A stretch of 64,000 nt of DNA from an uncultured Devosia sp. (GTDB taxonomy: Bacteria; Pseudomonadota; Alphaproteobacteria; Rhizobiales; Devosiaceae): contig CAYNRZ010000015.1 of the NCBI GenBank assembly GCA_964399695.1, forward strand, positions 11,167-75,166, written 5' to 3'. Below are positions 61,337 through 64,000 of the stretch, in pieces. Numbering within the stretch: the stretch's first letter is position 1; every line of letters starts with the position of its first letter. Made by a program: the position numbers and the translations under genes. The notes under the pieces are model-generated. The model did no database searches. It worked only from the letters and a program-made list of their open reading frames with translations, and was not told the origin of the DNA.

Positions 61337-63292
61337 CTACTGCAGGGAAGCGACGGTGATCGGGGCGGCTTCGCGCTGCATCAGGTCGCGAATCTGCGCG
61401 ATGGTCTGCTTGAAGCCCTCGTCGTATTGGGCGGCCAGGGACTTGTCGCGGGGCAGCTTGACGCTCAACGGGTCGACGAAGCGGCCATTGACCTTGATCT
61501 CGAAATGCAGGTGCGGGCCGGTGGAATTGCCGGTCGAGCCGACATAGCCGATCACCTGGCCCTGGCGCACGCGCGTGCCGGGCTTCATGCCATCGGCAAT
61601 GCGGCTCATGTGGCCATAGGCGGTCTCATAGCCGTTGACGTGCTTGAGTTCGACATAGCGGCCATAGCCAGAGACCCACTGGGCCTTCTCGACGATGCCG
61701 TCGCCAGAGGCGTAGATCGGCGTGCCGGTCTTGGCGGCAAGATCGACGCCGGTATGCATGCGGCGCGACTTGAAGATCGGGTGGACGCGGTTGCCGAAGC
61801 GGCTGGCGAGGCGGCCGCCGCCCTGCACCGGGCGCCGCGTGAGGAAGCGTTTCCCGGTCTGGCCCTCGGGATCGTAATAGTCGACCGTGCCGTCTTCGGT
61901 GCGGAAGCGGAACAGTTCGCGCGTGGTGCCACCAAGGCGCAGCGCGACATAGAGCAGTTCCTGGTGACCGGCTTCGTCGGGCTGGGTCTCGAGGATCTCG
62001 ATCGAATCGCCGGGGCTGATGCGCTTGGTGAGGTCGACGTCATAGGCAAACATGGCGACGATGCGCGAGGTCACCTTGTCATCGACGTCGTGCTTGCGCG
62101 CCGTCTCCCAGATCGAGCGGTAGACCGAGGGCAGGTTGTTGACGTCGATCTGCTCGGTGTCTTCCTCGGGGAACTCGATCTCGGGCGGGGCTTCGCCCAG
62201 CACATAGGCGCCGCGGTCGGTCAGCGCGGCGGTGGCAATGTGGCGGAAGCCGCTGTCCTGGTTCGGGGTGTAGACGCTGAGCCGATAGGGGATCAGGTCC
62301 TTGGACATGCGCGAGGGGCCCATGAGAATGCGCAGGCGTACGCCTTCGGGCATCCGGTCGGCGGCGAGCACATTGCGCAGCGTCTGCGCAACCATCTCAT
62401 AGGTGGTGTTGTCGAAGCCGTTCTTGAGCAGCGTGCCCTTGAAGCCGTCGTCGCGCACGGTGACCACGCGCTCGGAACGGCCGGGGCCAGCCTCGTCGGC
62501 GTTCTTGGACTTGGGAATAACGCTGACGTTCTCGGCAATGCCGCCCTGTCCGTCGGCGGTGGCGCTCAGTTCGCGCAGCGCGCCCGGCACCGGGGCATAG
62601 GCCAGCGCCACGTCACCATCGCCGCCTTCGGCAAACAGGTTTTCCACGGTGGCGCGCACGAAGGCGGCGGCCGATGCGTCGCTGATCACCAGCGAGGGGA
62701 TGAAGGTCGCCGGCATCGCCTCGGTGCGGATCTGCACCTCGCCCTCCACTTCGGCGCCGTAAATCTCGGGATTGGCAACCTGGTCGTCATCGGCGGCGAC
62801 GATCGGCTGGCTGGCATCGAGCATTGCCACCGGGTCATACTCGGGGATGTCGCTCGACAGCGCCGTGGCCGCGGTTGCCAGCGAGGCGCGGATGCGCACG
62901 AAGGGCTGCTTCCTGATCATCGCACGGCCGTCGACCGTCTCACGGATCGAGGCCTCGACGATCTCGAGCTCCGACGTGGTCTTGGCGATGGGGCGGACGC
63001 GATCGCCCTTCTTGCCCGACTCCTGCGCCACGTCCCGGGTCTCGGTCAGCACCTGCAGGGCTTCATAGGCGGTCGAGAAGGTGTCCTGCCCCTTGAAGGA
63101 GACATAGAGCGCGCCACCCATCAGCAGCACGGAAGTCAGCCCCGTCATCACGGTACCGGTCAGCCAGGCAAAGCTCAGCTCGCGGCCCTGGGGAATCTCG
63201 CCATCGGTCGACTGCACCGTCAGCGCCGGCGAGTCCTCATAGCCGCTGATCCTCAGAACCACGGAATGCCGATTGCGTTGAGCTGCCGTCAA
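61337..63292 (-). CDS. M23 family (LytM-domain) metallopeptidase with N-terminal membrane anchor
   Basis: 651 aa, TTG start. TM segment WLTGTVMTGLTSVLLMGGALYV. C-terminal HTGVDLAA...GYGHMS...GSTGNSTGPHLHFEI. Confidence 0.9.
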   Translation of the reverse strand: MTAAQRNRHSVVLRISGYEDSPALTVQSTDGEIPQGRELSFAWLTGTVMTGLTSVLLMGGALYVSFKGQDTFSTAYEALQVLTETRDVAQESGKKGDRVRPIAKTTSELEIVEASIRETVDGRAMIRKQPFVRIRASLATAATALSSDIPEYDPVAMLDASQPIVAADDDQVANPEIYGAEVEGEVQIRTEAMPATFIPSLVISDASAAAFVRATVENLFAEGGDGDVALAYAPVPGALRELSATADGQGGIAENVSVIPKSKNADEAGPGRSERVVTVRDDGFKGTLLKNGFDNTTYEMVAQTLRNVLAADRMPEGVRLRILMGPSRMSKDLIPYRLSVYTPNQDSGFRHIATAALTDRGAYVLGEAPPEIEFPEEDTEQIDVNNLPSVYRSIWETARKHDVDDKVTSRIVAMFAYDVDLTKRISPGDSIEILETQPDEAGHQELLYVALRLGGTTRELFRFRTEDGTVDYYDPEGQTGKRFLTRRPVQGGGRLASRFGNRVHPIFKSRRMHTGVDLAAKTGTPIYASGDGIVEKAQWVSGYGRYVELKHVNGYETAYGHMSRIADGMKPGTRVRQGQVIGYVGSTGNSTGPHLHFEIKVNGRFVDPLSVKLPRDKSLAAQYDEGFKQTIAQIRDLMQREAAPITVASLQ

Positions 63293-63761
63293 AAGCGATT
63301 ACCGCCTGCTGTAGATTGCCCCAACGCCCGCCCCAGAACGCCGGCCGGAACGAAAGCCTGCGAAACCTCGCAAGTCAACCACCGATGCCAACCGCCCATA
63401 CACTGAACGCGCGCACGCGAGAGAGGTGGGCCGACAATGCGGCGAAACTTGGCCTCTGGCCTGGGGCCAGCAATCCGACGCAGCTGAGCGACCGGACGGC
63501 GAAGGGCCGTTCTCTGTACGGACGCCTGCTTTCGCCGGCGCGCGCGCGTCAGGGCGTCGTCCAACGCTTCCTGCGCCCAGCACAATGGTCATGCGAAGTC
63601 GCCGCTGACGGCCGATCTGGCAGCCGGGCGCGGTTGAATGTTTGCGCCCCAAACACCAGATGACTCTCGTGGAAGGCCCGTGCTATAAGGCTTTCCACGA
63701 CGGGCGCCGGGGCGGCCGGCGGGCCCGAAGCGAAAAATGTCGCTTTTGTCACTTTCGCGAG

Positions 63762-63790
63762 TTGACAGCCCGGAACACCGCCCATATAAC
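63762..63790 (+). promoter_or_regulatory. Strong sigma-70-type promoter (upstream copy)
   Basis: TTGACA-N17-TATAAC, in a region with no credible ORF, facing the right window edge. Confidence 0.5.
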
Positions 63791-63927
63791 CCGCCCACCG
63801 CTGAGACGGAGCCGCTGCGAAGCGACAACGAACCGGCGGAAACCACTGAAAGAACAAAGGAATTTGGTCTTTCGGGTTTTCAACAGAAGGCCTGCCGCTA
63901 GGTAGTACGAAAGTTGAAAATAGGGTG

Positions 63928-63956
63928 TTGACAGACGGAAACGTCTCGAATAGAAC
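63928..63956 (+). promoter_or_regulatory. Strong sigma-70-type promoter (downstream copy); likely an rRNA or other stable-RNA operon promoter
   Basis: TTGACA-N17-TAGAAC, preceded by the A/T-rich GAAAGTTGAAAATAGGGTG (UP-element-like). Confidence 0.5.
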
Positions 63957-64000
63957 CCGCCTCGCTGACGACGTCGAGCGCTTCTCGCTCCCACTGTTCA

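Noticed and set aside
61292-63406. 704-aa plus-strand ORF
   Set aside because: Antisense to the M23 peptidase gene. It is Gly/Ala/Arg/Asp-rich and overlaps the VOC gene's 3' end out of frame.
63299-63994. Several 60-117-aa ORFs on both strands upstream of the tandem promoters
   Set aside because: All are Arg/Ser/Pro/Ala-rich, mutually overlapping, and lack SDs. They cross the promoter elements, so I treat the region as non-coding.

Overview
High-GC (about 65%) chromosomal segment. Gene content and synteny look like an alphaproteobacterium of the Hyphomicrobiales/Rhizobiales type; this assignment is inferred, no search was run. Gene calls come from my own reading of the six-frame track plus motif recognition. 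I support 57 protein-coding genes, almost all core housekeeping. In order: rlmN (partial; missing from the ORF track because it runs off the left edge), two tandem IalB paralogues, thpR, a BI-1/YccA protein and a GNAT. Then a short chemotaxis operon (cheS-cheY-cheA-cheW), an RNA methyltransferase plus a YdiJ-like FAD/Fe-S oxidoreductase, a divergent PadR/MFS pair, ppa and a terB-ybjQ pair. Then the SOS mutagenesis cassette imuA-imuB-dnaE2 with a textbook alphaproteobacterial LexA box, acnA, ccmABCDG, dapF-mtaB-ftsY-yciB and ffh-rpsP-rimM-trmD-rplS. A mildly accessory stretch follows at 40.1-46.7 kb (NTase-fold protein, ArsR+SRPBCC, DUF3445-like, PACE exporter, DHFR-like, APH-like kinase + AGE epimerase, and a small lower-GC two-gene cassette). 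The window ends with hppA, a DUF167 protein, an ABC exporter, lysC-ptsP, prfA-prmC, a DUF4167-like protein, clpB, a VOC protein, an M23 peptidase and two tandem strong promoters facing the right edge (probably an rRNA operon). I found no tRNA, rRNA, CRISPR array, transposase, integrase or recognisable defence genes. I do not see a convincing large novel multi-gene system. The best leads are modest: (1) a lower-GC, translationally coupled two-gene cassette of unknown function at 45931-46622; (2) a lower-GC orphan secreted protein at 35215-35700; (3) a highly structured intergenic region ending in an orphan plus-strand terminator at about 23214-23407 (candidate sRNA); (4) a promoter / 18-codon uORF / terminator-like leader upstream of the ABC exporter; (5) prmC lacking any canonical start codon for its conserved N-terminus. 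Many long ORFs in the track (up to 936 aa) mirror real genes on the opposite strand and are rejected as GC-driven artefacts.
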